Assembly: GCA_038087875.1 (NCBI GenBank)
Contig: JAXLNO010000585.1
Coordinates: forward strand, 1 to 41,441
DNA: 41,441 bases
Origin: Malacoraja senta
Lineage: Eukaryota
Direction of reading: 5' to 3'
Positions 1 through 12,695 of the stretch are shown piece after piece. The notes under the pieces are model-generated. The model did not search any database and was not told where the DNA came from. It saw nothing but the letters and a program-made list of their open reading frames with translations. How positions within the stretch are numbered: position 1 is the stretch's first letter; every line of letters starts with the position of its first letter. Both the position numbers and the translations under genes were made by a program.

Positions 1-119
1 ACAAGGTTAATTCCCGGGATGGCGGGACTGTCATATGCTGAGAGAATGGAGCAGCTGGGCTTGTACACTCTGGAGTTTAGGAGGATGAGAGGGGATCTTA
101 TTGAAACATATAAGATCTT

Positions 120-403
120 GGAAACAGGCCCTTCGGCCCATCGTACCCGCACTGACCAGCGACCCCCGCAAATTAACACAATCCTACGCACACCAGGGCC
201 AATTTTACATTGATACCAAGCCAATTAACCCACAAACCTGTCCGTCTTTGGAGTGTGGTTAGAAACCGGAGCGGCGGGAGAAAACCCACGCGGTCACCGT
301 GAAGAACGTACCAACTCCGTACAGCCCAGCACCCGTAGTCGGGATCGGACCCGGGTCTCTAGCGCTGTAAGAGCTCTAAGCGCTGCAAGGCAGCAACTCT
401 ACC
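120..403 (-). mobile_element. V-SINE (HE1-like)
   Basis: Antisense of tRNA-like head, V-domain (GGAGTT..TACGTTCT..CCGCGTGGGTTTTCTCC..TCCAAAGAC) and GGCCGAAGGGCCTGTTTCC tail. Confidence 0.8.
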
Positions 404-619
404 AGAAGTAACTATGTAAGGTGATTTATATTGCATATTTATTGCCAAATAATATCAATCAGATACATTATCTTCGCTTCAGCATTATTTCTTTGCCGAT
501 TGTTATCGACTTCTTAGTAAGATAAGTTAATTCGCGTTTATTTTATTTTAAATCAAGAGAGTTGCCAATTACTATAACAAACCTCCGGGGGTAGTGATAT
601 TACTTGGTGACAAGTAAGA

Positions 620-1300
620 ACAGCGGATGCAGTAGATGAGCTTGGAGGAGGTGCCTGTGAAGAAAGGGCTTCCTTTACTCCTCTTCCAACCTCATCTACT
701 GTATCCGCTGTTCCAGATGTGGACTCCTGTACATCCGCGAGACCAAGCGCAGGCTCGGCGATCTTTTCGCTGAACACCTTCACTCACCCCGCCTGGACCT
801 ACCTGATCTCCCAGTTACCAAACACGTTAACTCCCCCTCCCATTCCCACACTGACCTTTCTGACCTGGGCCTCCTCCACTGTCAGAGTGAGGCCGAGCGC
901 AAATTGAGGAACAGCACCTCATATTTCGCTTTGGGCAGCTTACACCCCAGCGGTATGAACATTGACTTCTCTAACTTCAAGAAACCCTTGCTTTCTCTCT
1001 CTCTCCACCCTTCCCCCCCCCCCCAGTTCTCCCACCAGTCTTACTGTCTCCGACTACCTTTTATCTCTGTTTGTTTGTTTGTTTTTACCTTCTTCCAGCT
1101 AACAATGTTCTATTCTACATTTTGCTTGATCTCCATTCCCTTTGTCCCATGTTCACACCATAACCGTCCTTATCTATCTATCTCCCGCACCCTGTCAGTC
1201 TGAGGAAGGGTCTCGACCCGAAACGTTACCCATTCCTTCTCTGCAGAGATGCTGCCTGACCCTCTGAGTTACCCCAACATTTTGTGTCTATCCTCGATTC
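620..1300 (+). mobile_element. Penelope-like element 3' part (GIY-YIG endonuclease remnant plus terminal region with hammerhead motif)
   Basis: ETKRRLGD..AEHL..NSPSHSHTD..EEQHLIF..GSLHPSGMNIDFSNF across frameshifts; CTGAGGAAGGGTCTCGACCCGAAACGTT at ~1200. Confidence 0.8.
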
Positions 1301-1740
1301 ACCTACTCTGGGCAAGAATGCATCTACCCGATCTATTCCTCTCATGATTCCTCTATAAGATCACCCCTCATCCTCCTGCGCTCCAAGGAATAAAGTCACA
1401 GCCTATAAAACCCCTCCGTGTAGCTCACACCATCTAGTCCAGGCAACATCCTCGTAAGTAGACAATAGGTGCAGGAGTAGGTCATACGGCCCTTCAAGCC
1501 AGCACCGCCATTTAATTTGATCATGGATGATCATCCCCAATCAGTACCCCGTTCCTGCCTTCTCCCCATATCCCCTGACTCCGCTATCTTTAAGAGCCCT
1601 ATCTAGTTATCTCTTGAAAGTATCCAGCGAACCGGCCTCCACCGCCCTCTGAGACAGAGAATTCCACAGACTCACAACTCTCTGTGTGAAAAAGTGTTTC
1701 CTCATCTCCGTTCTAAACGGCTTACCCCTTATTCTTAAAT
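1300..1740 (-). mobile_element. CR1 fragments
   Basis: FFTQRVVSLWNS translation and CR1 3' UTR in antisense. Confidence 0.8.
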
Positions 1741-2299
1741 CTTCTCTGTACCCTTTCCCCAATTGCCCGTGATTGCAACACGCCTTGGAGGGTAGAGATA
1801 TGTATTGGTTACAAGTGAACAAGGCTCATTCGGTCACTTGCATCCAGAAGAAGCATTACTAAGCTAAGATGGGTGCCACATTCTGTAGTCTCATAGTATA
1901 TATTTCGCAGTCTGAAGAAGGGTCTCGACCCCGAACGACATCCATTCCTTCTCTCCAGAGATGCTGCCTGTCTCGCTGAGTTGCTCTCGCATTTTGTGTC
2001 TATCTTCCGTTTAAACCAGCATCTACAGTTCCTTCCTGCACAATCTGAATATACCACATGATCTTCCCGCTTGCCATTCTGCCCGCCTGAGGCCACGATC
2101 AGTGAAACAGGGGAGCAGACACTCGCTGGTCTTTTCTCACCGGCGAAATGAACAAGAGAATCCTCAGATTCCAGCCGACGTTACGTTAATTAATTTCATA
2201 CCCGGGAAAACATAGTGTTATAATTTTAGCTCAAGGTGTAGCCTAATTATTTCTGTCCCAAGGCGAGATAATTTGGAAACAGCAAAGACATGGTCGTAA

Positions 2300-2770
2300 A
2301 ATAGATACAAATAGCTGGAGTAACTCAGCGGGACAGGCAGCAAATCTGGAGACAATGAATGGCTGACGGTTCGGCACGAGACAATTATTTGGCAACAGCA
2401 AATACATGGTCGTAAGATAGACACAAAACGCTGGAGTAACTCAGTGGGACAGGCAGCATCTCTGGAGAGAAGGGATGGGTGATGTTTCGGGTTGAGACCC
2501 TTCTTCAGACTGGTTAGGAATAAGGGAAACAAGAGATATAGACAATGGTGTAGAGAGATACAGAACAATGAACGGAAGATATGCAAAAAAGTAACGATGA
2601 TAAAGGAAACAGGATGTTTGTTGGGTGACAACGAGAAGCTGGTGCGACTTGAGTGGGGTAGGGACGGAGAGAGGGGGAATGGCGGGGCTACCTGAAGTGA
2701 GAGTAATCAATAATGATTATTATTGGGCCATAAGTTGCCCAAGTGATATATGAGAAGCTGTTCCTTCATT
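2300..2770 (-). mobile_element. Penelope-like terminal fragment with local tandem duplication
   Basis: Antisense copy of the same terminal region (GCTGGAGTAACTCAG..GCAGCATCTCTGGAGA..TTTCGGG..ACCCTTCTTCAGAC). Confidence 0.75.
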
Positions 2771-2940
2771 TTTGCCAGTTATTTTACTGATGGATCAGTG
2801 CATTCTGCAAAGGATTGTATGATGCGATTACAACGCTGAATATACATTTTGTATTTAAGTCCGGACAGCTTCCGGTTAAACGTCACAAGTAAAATTTAGT
2901 TAATTGTTTACAATTATTTGCAAATACAATTATTTACAGT

Positions 2941-3345
2941 ATTCACTGGAATTTAGGATGAGAGGGGATCTTATAGAAACATATAACATTCTTAAGGGAT
3001 TGGACAGGCTGGATACAGCAAAAATGTTCCCGATGTTGGCGGAGTCCAGAACCAGGGCTCACAGTTTATAAATCAGGGGTCGGCCATTTAAGAATGAGAT
3101 GAGGAAAATTTCACCCAGAGAATTGTGAATCTGTGGAATTCTCTCCCACAGAAGGCAGTGGAGACCAATTCACGGGATATATTCAGGAGAGAGTTAGGTT
3201 TAGCTCTTTGGGCTAACGAAATCAAGAGATATGGGGAGAAAGCAGGAGCGGTGTACTGACTTTGAATCATCAGCCATGATCATTTTGAAGGATCGAAGGG
3301 CCGAACGGCCTACTCCTGCACCTATTTTCTACGTTTCTATGTTTC
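2941..3345 (+). mobile_element. CR1 3' fragment
   Basis: RGDLIETY...VNLWNSLPQ region plus TTTCTATGT tail. Confidence 0.85.
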
Positions 3346-4334
3346 CAATAATATTTACACAACAAACAATAACTAAACATTTGCTGCCATAATACAACAT
3401 TCCCAGGTATTATTATTACTAAACATCATTTTACTATATTACAATCTTGATCCAGGATTGAGTCAATCCCCCGCGATGCCCAGCGGTCCCGGAACATGGA
3501 CACCGCATGGTCTTTTTCAATCGACACCTCGAGCACGGACCTAACCCCCCAAAAAGGTGCAATGAAATTGGCTCGGGCAGAGCCTGTGAGCTCTGGTTTA
3601 ATCCTGACACACAAAGTCATGCACGAGTCTACTGAGTGTATTGGGGCCGGGAAATTGGGGCAATTTATGAGCCCGGGCCCTCCCGTAAAAAATACCAATA
3701 GCAGCCGAGTGAATCGATTCATCCCAGACCATCACACAAACAAAACTCCCCGTTCCATTGACTCCATTTTGTCCTGGCCAAGTTTTCTCTAATTTGTTAT
3801 TTCCCTGAATCAGGGTATCTCTGAATCTACAACATTATCTTCCCGCTCGCCATTCAGTTGTTGAATTCTGCACCGCCTGACGCCCACGTTCACGGAAACA
3901 GTGAAACATGTACTGACGTCTTCGCCCCTCCACCGCAATCAGTGAAATGAGTAAAATAATCCTCAGACTCCAGCCGTCTTTACATCAACTAATTTCTTGT
4001 ATTGAACTAATGGTGAAAGGCTTGGATAGAGTGGATGTGGATACACATACATCCACACACGCTGCTTACAAAGGGTAAAACGGAAAAATCATGTTAAGAT
4101 CGTTTGGAGAAGGCACTCACTTCAAGCCACTCTTTCGTTCACGATTCGCCGTCAATTAAAAATGTCAAATAAGATTGGTATTAATATTTGGTGCAGTGAG
4201 TAAACATATTTGGCGCGACCGATTGCATGAAACTAAGATATTATTGATGTCTCCAGTTGTAATACATTTTACCATTTAATATTCTTGCCGCATATCTTCA
4301 AAACTACCTGCAATTGTGGTCAAAATCGCATTTG

Positions 4335-4970
4335 GCACATTGACCTTCATCAGTCAGAATATTGTGTACAGAAGTTTGGAGGTCATGTTGCAGTTGTAAA
4401 AGACATTGGTGAGGCCGCGTTTGGATTATTGCCTTAGTTCTGGGCACCATGTTAGAGGAAAGATGTTGTCAAGCTGGAAAGGGTGCAGAGAAGATTTACG
4501 AGGTCTAGAGGGACTGAAGCACAGGGAGAGGTTGAGTAGGCTGGGATTCCATTCCTCGGAGCGCAGGAGGATGAGGGGTGATCTTATAGAGGCGTATAAA
4601 ATCATGTGAGGAATAGATCGGGTAGATGCACAGAGACTCTTGCCCAGAGTAGGGGAATTGAGGACCAGAGGTCATAGGTTCAAGGTCAAGGGGAAAAGAT
4701 TTAATAGGAATCTGGGGAGTAACCTTTTCACATAGTCCCTGCCTCAACTATCTCCTCCGCGGTGGGTGTATGGAACGAGCTGCCGGAGGAGATAGTTGAG
4801 GCAGGGACTATCCCAACATTTAAGAAACAATTAGACAGATACATGGATAGGACATGTTTCGAGGGATATGGGCCAAATGCGGGCAGGTGGGACTAGTGTA
4901 GCTGGGGCATGTTGGCCGGTGTGGACAAGTTGGGTCGAAGGTCCACGCTATATCACTCTATGATTCTGTG
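4335..4970 (+). mobile_element. CR1 (HER1-type subfamily) 3' fragment
   Basis: LVRPRLDYC..RRRMRGDLIEAYKIM; variant 3' end GGTGTATGGAACGAGCTGCCGGAGGAG...CTCTATGA. Confidence 0.82.
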
Positions 4971-5249
4971 ACTTAACTGAATAGGGCGTAGAACAAAAGC
5001 CGTTTTAAATACACAACAGATGCAAAACGCGACGAAACATGGACCAACATTCGCTGGTGACAACCTGCTGTTATCAATCTCTTATCCGGCTGCTTTACAA
5101 TAATGCTGGTGCTAAAATTTTCAAACTTTATTCCAAAGAGTGTGGATTCCTAAGTAAGAGTCTTATAACCAGGCCTTAACTGTACACTCGCCTCCAACAT
5201 TCATCTACGATTCGTAATTGTCACCTTTAGTTCATTCGGCTTGAACAGC

Positions 5250-5785
5250 CACGCTCCGTCCACCTGGACCTACCTGATCTCCCGGTTGCCAAGCACTTTA
5301 ACTCCCCCTCGCATCCCCACGAAGACCTTTCTGTCCTGTTCCTCCATTTTTTCAAAGTGTGGCCGAACCGAAAATGGTGGAACAGCACTTCATATTTTGC
5401 TTGGGCAGCTTAAATCCCTGCGGAATGAATATTGATTTCTCTAACTTCAGATATACAAGAAACCCTTGCATCCCCTCTCTCTCCATTCCTCCCCAACCCG
5501 AGTCGTTGTACTAGTGTCAAAGTTGTCTTGTTGAGTCTCACTGTAACTCGTTTTCACCAAGTCCACAGCTAACAATGGCCTGTATCCTTTATCATCGTTA
5601 CTTTTTTTGCGGATCTTTCATTCATCTGTTCTGTATCTCTCATTACCACCGTCTGTACCTCTCGTTTCTCTCTCCCATGACCCTCGGTCTCTAGAAGGGT
5701 CTCGACCCGAAGCGTGACCTATTCCTTTTCTCCAGAGATGCTGTCGGATCGGCTGAGTTATTCCAGCATTTTGTGTCTATCTGCA
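5250..5785 (+). mobile_element. Penelope-like element 3' fragment
   Basis: PVAKHFNSP..EQHFIF..MNIDFSNF remnant followed by the same terminal region. Confidence 0.75.
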
Positions 5786-6039
5786 ACATCACCATACAGT
5801 TCCCGCCCTTTCACTTTCTAGACATATAGGTTTACCTAACTAAAACGGTTTCTGCACAATTTCCAAAGACCTTTGTCACGTCACCGAGTGCCGCCGTGAC
5901 CGTGACAGGTATTGTGAGTGGAAACAGTAAGCAAAATAACTTAAGAGTATGAAGAAGCGTCACTACCTGAAACACCGCCTAGCCATTCCCATCACGTATG
6001 ATGTCTTACCCGCGGAATCATAGAGTGAATTACGTGGAT

Positions 6040-7330
6040 GTTACCAGGACTAAGGGATCTGAGCTACAGGGACATATTGAGTAGGCTGGTTCTCTATTCC
6101 TTCGAGCGCAGGGACATCAGGGGAGATCTTATAGAGGTGTATAAAATCACGGGTAGATCGGGTAGAAGCACAGAGTCTCTTGCCCAGAGTAGGGGAATCG
6201 AGAACCAGAGGACATAGGTTCAAGGTGAAGGAGAAAAGATTTAATAGGAATCCGAGGGGGATTTTTTTCACACAAGGGTGGTGGGTGTATGGAACAAGCT
6301 GCCGGAGGAGGTAGGTGAGGCAGGGACTATCACAAACGTTTAAGAAACTGTTAGACAGGTACGTGGATAGGACATATTTGGAGGGACATGGACCAACCGC
6401 AGGTAGGTGGGACTAGTGTAGATGGGACATGTTGGTCGGTGTGGGCACGTTGGGCCGAAGAGCCTGTTCCATGCTGTAACACTCTGTGACTCTATGGTAC
6501 AGCGTAGAAACAGCCCCTTCGGCTCAACGTGCCCACACGGACTAACATGTCCCGTCTCCACTGGTCCCACTAGCCCCACCTGCTTGATCCATATCTCTCC
6601 AAACCTTTCCAATCCATGTACCTGTCCAAATGTTTCTTAAACGTTGCGATATCCCTGACTCAAATACCTCATCTGGCAGCTCGTTCCATGCACCCACCCT
6701 GTGTGGAAATGTTACCCCTCTTGTTCCAATTATATCTTTCGCTCTTCATCTTAAACCTCTGTCCTCAGGTTCTCGATTCCCCGACTCTGACAAGAGACTC
6801 TGTACTTCTACCGGATCTATTCCCTTCCTCTCGAGATTTGTGATTTGCTCGAGTAAATGAAATATTTTGTTATGATGACGTAGTCTAGAAATTCGACATG
6901 TGTGTTCGTTTTAGAAACATAGAAACATAGAAACGTAGAAAATAGGTGCAGGTGTGGAACATTCGGCCCATCGAGCCAGCTCCGCCATTCAATATGATCA
7001 TGGCTGATAATTCAGAATCAGTACCGTGTTCCTGCTTTGTCCCCATATCCCTTGATTCCTTTAGCCCGAAGAGCTATATTTAATTCTCGCTTGAACACAT
7101 CCAGCGAACCAGCCTCTACTGCCTTCTGCGGTAGAGAATTCCACAGATTCACAACTTTCTGGGTGAAAATGTTTGTCCTCATCTTAGTCTTAAATGGCCT
7201 ACCCCTTATTCTTAAAGTGTGACCCCTGGTTCTGGATTTGCCCAACATGGGGAAACAATTTCCTGCATCTAGCTTGTGCAATCCCTTAAGAATGTTATAT
7301 GATCCCCATATCAACCTTCTAAATTCCATT
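6040..7330. mobile_element. Cluster of CR1 3' fragments (tail-to-tail HER1-type pair 6040-6820; antisense copy 6913-7330)
   Basis: Sense copy to ~6495, antisense copy 6495-6820; antisense copy with AGAAACAT tail repeats at 6913. Confidence 0.82.
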
Positions 7331-7459
7331 TTTTACACGCTAGATGAAATAACCCAGCCGGTTCCATCGCCTGTAACAATGGCTCGTATAGTGAAAGCAA
7401 ACCCTGCATTTTATTGTATGTTCTTTTACTCGTTGATTGGGTTCATGTCTCGGGTTGTT

Positions 7460-7920
7460 AGTTAGTTTAGTTTATTGTCACGTGTAGTGAGGTACAGTGA
7501 AAAGTTTTTGTTGCGCGCTAACCAGTCAGGGGAAAGACAAAACATGATTACAATCGAGCCGTCCACAGCGTACAGATACATGGCAAGGGAATAACGTTTA
7601 GTGCAAGGTAAAGCCAACAAAGTCCGATCAGGGATAGTCCGAGGGTCACCATTGAGGTAGATAGTAGTTCAGCATTGCTCTGTGGTTGTGGAAGGAAGGT
7701 TCAGTTGCCTGACAACAGCTGGGAAGAAACTGTCCCTGAATCTGGAGGTGTGCGTTTTCACACTTCTGTAAATTTCGCCCGATGGGAGAGGGGAGAAGAC
7801 AGAGTTGCCAGGGTGGTGGCAGGGTGAGGCAGGGCGAGGTATAAATGGAGTCAATGGAAGGGAGAGTTTTGTTTGTGTGATGGTCTGGGCTGCTTCCACA
7901 ATTCGCTGCATTTCCTTGCG
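7460..7920 (-). mobile_element. Rex1/Babar-like LINE 3' fragment
   Basis: HPGNSVFSPLPSGEIYRSVKTHTSRFRDSFFPAVVRQLN C-terminal signature; a related degraded copy lies at ~36840-37445 (+). Confidence 0.7.
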
Positions 7921-8669
7921 TATAGATGAGAGTAATACAATGGAATCAATAACCGGATGGAAAACGTAATTTGCAAATTCACCCACAATGTTTCAGTTGT
8001 GTTAGACCAGCAATTTCTGCTGCCTGACCCGCTGAGTAGTTCCAGCATTTAGTGTCTCTCTGTTGTTCAGTTTTGTTGGGCTTTCGCCATATTTCGTGTA
8101 ATTTCGCCTTCTAATACTTACGATGGAGGAATATTATGGCATAAAGGCTATCGAGATATGGTTATTTTCTCCAGTCAAGATAGTTTTATTAAAGTTAGAA
8201 CAATGAAATTCGTACTTGCAGCAGCACACCAGAATATGGAAACAGAGTACAGTGTATACAATGTAATAAACGAGAAAAAGATTCAGTTTATGTATATATA
8301 TATATATATATATACGCATACTCTCGGACACGCGCAAAAATATAGATATTGTAATAATTGCAGTATTATTGTTTGTTTGTTTTTGATGTGTACCTATGTG
8401 CGTAAATATATATATGCGTATATATTTACGCACATGTACGCACATATACATATATGTATATATATATATATATATATCCTCGACGGAGATGCGACTTTTT
8501 CCGTATCGTATCTCCATCCGCACTGCGGCCTAACATCGTGGAGCTAGCGGTCCTTTTACTGGAGATCAACACTTCGGGAGCTCCAACCTCGGGAGCTTGC
8601 GGATTTCACTTCGTGGAACACGCGGTCCCTTGGTTAGAGATCGACTTCAGCAGCTACAGCCGCAGGAGC

Positions 8670-8860
8670 ATCGACCGCCCCGATAACGGGAGCTTCGATC
8701 CCCCCGACTCGGGAGCTTCGATCGGCCCAATCGCGGGAGCTTCGATTGCCCCGTTCGCGGGAGCTTTGATTGCCCCGATCGCGGGAGATTTGATCGCCGG
8801 CTGCGGGAGCTTCGATCGCCCCGACTGCAGATGTTTCTACTGCCCCGACCGCGGGAGAAA
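8670..8860. repeat. GC-rich ~24-bp minisatellite (about 7 units)
   Basis: Unit ~TCGCGGGAGCTTCGATCGCCCCGA. Confidence 0.85.
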
Positions 8861-9029
8861 AGGAGGGAAGAAGATAATACGTTATTACCTTCCATCACAG
8901 TGCGCTGTGGTGTTTGGTATGACTGTATGGCAAATCAAATTCCTTGTATGTGCTTACATACTTGGCTTATACATTATTTGTACCTATCCTATCGCATGAT
9001 CTTATGATCTAATAAATATATATATATAT

Positions 9030-9560
9030 AAGATCATGATCATAAGATCATGTGATAGGAGTAGAATTAGGCCATTCGGCCGATCAAGTCTACTCCGCCG
9101 TTCAATCACGGCTGATCTATCTCTCCCTCCCAACCCCATTCTTCTGCCTTCTCCCCATAACCCATGACAGCCGCACGAATCGAGAATCTATCTATCTCTG
9201 CCTTAAAAATATTCACTAACTTGTGGCCTCCACAGCCTTCTGTGGCAAAGAATTCCACAGATTCACCGCCCTCTGACTTGAGAAATTTATCCTCATCTCT
9301 TCCCTAGAAGAACGTCCCATCATTCTGAGGCTGTGACCTCTAATCCCCGACTCTCCCATTGGTGGAAACATCCTCTCCACATCCACGTTATCCAAGCCTT
9401 TCACTATTCCGTGCGTTTCAATGAGGTCTCCCCTCATTCTTCTAGACTCCAGTGAGTACAGGCCCAGTGCCGATAAACGCTCATCATACGTTACCCCACT
9501 CATTCCTTGGGATCATTCATGTAAATCACCTATGGACCCCCTCCAGAGCCACTACATTCT
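9030..9560 (-). mobile_element. CR1 3' fragment
   Basis: ORF 9216-9503 (RRMRGDLIET..VNLWNSLPQ); tail repeat CATAAGAT. Confidence 0.85.
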
Positions 9561-9724
9561 CCTTCAGAGCTTATTACAGGCTGCAGTGTTTAATAGCCAG
9601 ATAGCTGAAGGGAAGGAGCAGTTCATGAACCTGGACGTTACAGTTTTCAGGCTCCTGAACCTGGCCAAGGGCAGAAAACGCTGGTTAGAGTCGTATGCAG
9701 ACCGCCAAACTGCAGTAGGGAGGT

Positions 9725-12190
9725 TGGGGTTAGCATCAAGCATGAAATTGGGATGCGTGTAGCAAAGGTACTGCAGTTACCATGGGTGGCTTTAATCTAC
9801 ATATAGATTGGGCCAACCAAATTGGTAGCAGCACTGAGGTGGAGGATTTCGTGGAATGTATACGGGATTTTTTTTAAAGAACCGACTGGAGGGCAGGCCA
9901 TCATAGATAGGGTATTGTGTAATGAGGAAGGATTAGTTAGCGATTTTGGTGTGCAAGGCCCCTTGGGCAACAGTGATCATAATATGGTGGAATTCTGCAT
10001 TAGGACGGAGAGTGACACGGTTAATTCAGAGACCAGGGTCCTGGACTTTAAAAAAAGGAGACGTTGAAGGTATGAGACGGGAAGTGGCTGGGATAGACTG
10101 GGAAATTATACTTAAAGGGTTGACGGTAGAGAAGCAATGGCAAAGATTTAAAGACCGCATGGATGAACTCCAAAAATTGTTCATCCCTGTCTGGCGAAAA
10201 AATAAAACGGGGAAGGCGGCTCAACCGTGGCTAACGAGGGAAATCACGGATAGTGTTAAATTCAAGGAAAATGCATTGAAATTGTGCGGAGAAAACAGCA
10301 AACCGGAGGACTGGCAGAAATTTGGAACTCAACAGAGGAGGACAAAGTGGTTAATTAAGAAAGCTTGTGGGAAATATAAAAACTTCGTTAGATATGTAAA
10401 ATGAAAAGATTAATGAAGGCCCCTTACAATCAGAAACATATGAATTTATAATGGGAAACAAAGAAATGGCAGCACTGTTCAACGAGTACGTTGGTTCTGC
10501 TTCACTAAGGAAGGCACAAATAATCTCCCAGAAACACTGGCGGTCCGAGGATCTAGTGGGTGGGAGGAACTGAAGGGAATCCATATTAATCAGGAAATGG
10601 TGTTAGCTAAACTGTTGGGACTGAAGGCAGATAAATCCCCAGGGCCTGATGGTCTGCGTTCCAGAGTACTCAAGGAGGTGGCCCCAGAAATCGTGGATGC
10701 ATTGGTGATCATGTTCCGATGTTCTCTTGACTCTGGATCAGTTCATGTGGACTGGAGGGTAGCCAATGTAACCATACTTTAAAAAAAAAAGAGGGAGAGA
10801 GAAAACGGGGAATTATAGACCAGTTAGCCTTACATCGGTAGGGGGGAGATGCTGGTCGATTGTTAAAGATGTTACAGCAGCCCATTTGGAAAGCAGTGAT
10901 AGGATCGGTCAAAGTCAGCATGGATTTATGAAGGGATTCATGTTTGACTAATCTTTTGGGATTTTTTTTAGGATGTAGCAAGTAGACTGGATAAGGGAGA
11001 GCCAGTGGATGTGGTGTACCTGGACTTTCAAAACGCATTTGACATAGTCCCACACAAGAGATTAGTGTGCAACATCAGAGAACATGGTATTGGGGGTAGG
11101 GTATTGACATGGATAGATAACTGGTTGGCAGACAGGAAGTATAGAGTAGGGATTGACGGGTCCTTTTCAGAATGACAGGCAGTGAGTTGTGGGGTCCCAC
11201 AAGGCTCGGTGCTGGGACCCCAGTTATTTACAATATATATTAAGGATTTAGACGAGGGAATTAAAGGTGACATCTCCAAGTTTGCGGATGACACAAAGTT
11301 GGGTAGCAGTGTGAGCTGCGATGAGGATGCTATGAGGCTGTAGGGTGACTTGGATAGGTTGGGTGAGTGGCCAGATGCATGGCAGATACAGTATAATGTG
11401 GATAAATATGAGGTTGTCCACTTTGGCGGCAAGAACAGGAAGGCAGATTATTTTCTGAATGGTGCCAGATTAGGAAAGGGAAGTGCAATAAGACCTGGGT
11501 GTCCTTGTACACCAGTCACTGAAGGTAAGCATGCAGGTACAGCAGGCAGTGAAGAAACCTAATGCCTTGTTGGCCTTCATTGCCAGAGGATTTGAGTTTA
11601 GGAACAAGGAGGTCCTACTGCAGTGGTGAGACCGCACCTGGAGTATTGTGTGCAATTTTGGTCCCATAATTTGAGGAAGGACATTATTGCTATTGAAAGG
11701 GTGCAGCGTAGGTTCACCAGGATGCCGGGACTGAGATATGATGAAAGAATGGGTCGACTGGGCTTGTATTCACTGGATTTAGAAGGATGAGAGGGCATCT
11801 TATAGAAACATATACAATTCTTAAAGGATTGGAAGGCTCGATGCAGGAAACATTTTCCCCATGTTGGTGGAGTCCAGAACCAGGCGTCACAGTTTAAAAA
11901 TAAGGGGTAGGCCATTTGGAACTGAGACAAGGAAAAACCTCTTCACCCAGAGAGTTGTGAATCTGTGGAATTCTCTGCTACAGAAGGCAGTGTACGCCAA
12001 TTCTCTGGATATTTTCAAGAGAAAGTTAGATTTAACTCTTAGGGCTAAATGAATCAAGGGATATGGGGAAAAAGCAGGAACGGGGTACTGATTTTAGAAG
12101 ATCAGCCATGATCATATTGAATGGCGGTGCTGGCTCGAAGGACCGAATTACCGACTCCTGCACCTATATTTCTATGATTCTATGTTTCTG
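9725..12190 (+). mobile_element. CR1-clade LINE, degraded (end of endonuclease, RT and 3' end)
   Basis: Fragmented ORFs with PLGNSDHN (endonuclease end), KSPGPDG, FADD-region sequence and the TTCTATG tail; many stops and frameshifts. Confidence 0.92.
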
Positions 12191-12269
12191 TGTTTTCTCC
12201 AGATGGCAGGTGTGAAACGAGTGTGCTTTGGAACTACAGCGTGCGCCTCGTACACAGCGCTTCATCTTA

Positions 12270-12695
12270 AGGGCCTGTCCCACGGGCATGTGACTCCATG
12301 CGGCAAGCGCGACCTAACCGGAAGCGGGAGACGTGCGGAGGCCGCGCGGTGGTCGCGTGGCCGGTCCCACTTCGATCGCCGGAGCCGTATGGAGGTGTGC
12401 GGAGCTGGTCCCGTCATCGCGTGGGGCTCCGAAAAACTGACAATGTTCAAAAATTCCGTGCGGCAACGGCCTGCCGCCCCGCAGCCGCATCGAGGCCGTG
12501 CGCACCGCATCGACGGCGTCTTGACGTCACTCGACCTCCACGCGGCCCCCGCTTCCGATTTGGTAGCGCTTGCTGCATTCAGCCGCATGCTGGTGGGACC
12601 GGCCCTGTACGGGGATCACTCGACCTCCCCGCGGCCCCCGCTTGCGGTTAGGTCGCGCTTGCCGCATGGAGTCGCATGCCCGTGGGACAGGCCCT
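12270..12695. mobile_element. PIF/Harbinger-type MITE (426 bp) with TTA target-site duplication
   Basis: 59-bp TIRs AGGGCCTGTCCCACGGGCATG(T/C)GACTCCATGCGGCAAGCGCGACCTAACCG(G/C)AAGCGGG with 2 mismatches; TTA on both flanks (12267-12269, 12696-12698); no transposase. Confidence 0.85.

Larger units (their letters stand above)
405..8180 (-). pseudogene. Putative highly decayed protocadherin/cadherin-repeat remnants split by TE insertions
   Basis: Non-repeat islands translate (with stops and frameshifts) to cadherin-like pieces: GENNHISIAF..EGEIT (8.1 kb), NAGFAFTI..TGWVIS (7.4 kb), FLDYVIITKYFI (6.87 kb), PLTIPVTVTAALGDV (5.9 kb), FENFSTSIIVKQP (5.1 kb), NVLQLETS..YVYSL..LFDI (4.2 kb), FYL*RLTG..CIFSVV..NPLQ (2.85 kb), LLDASDR/FTCNQYISLP (1.8 kb), NAEAKIMYLI (0.46 kb). 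By-eye similarity only. Confidence 0.55.

Noticed and set aside
3445..3725. Possible small DNA transposon and the 98-aa ORFs on both strands
   Set aside because: Terminal inverted match is weak, no TSD is seen and there is no recognisable protein motif.
8454..8999. 181-aa ORF with repeats
   Set aside because: Product of the 24-bp minisatellite.
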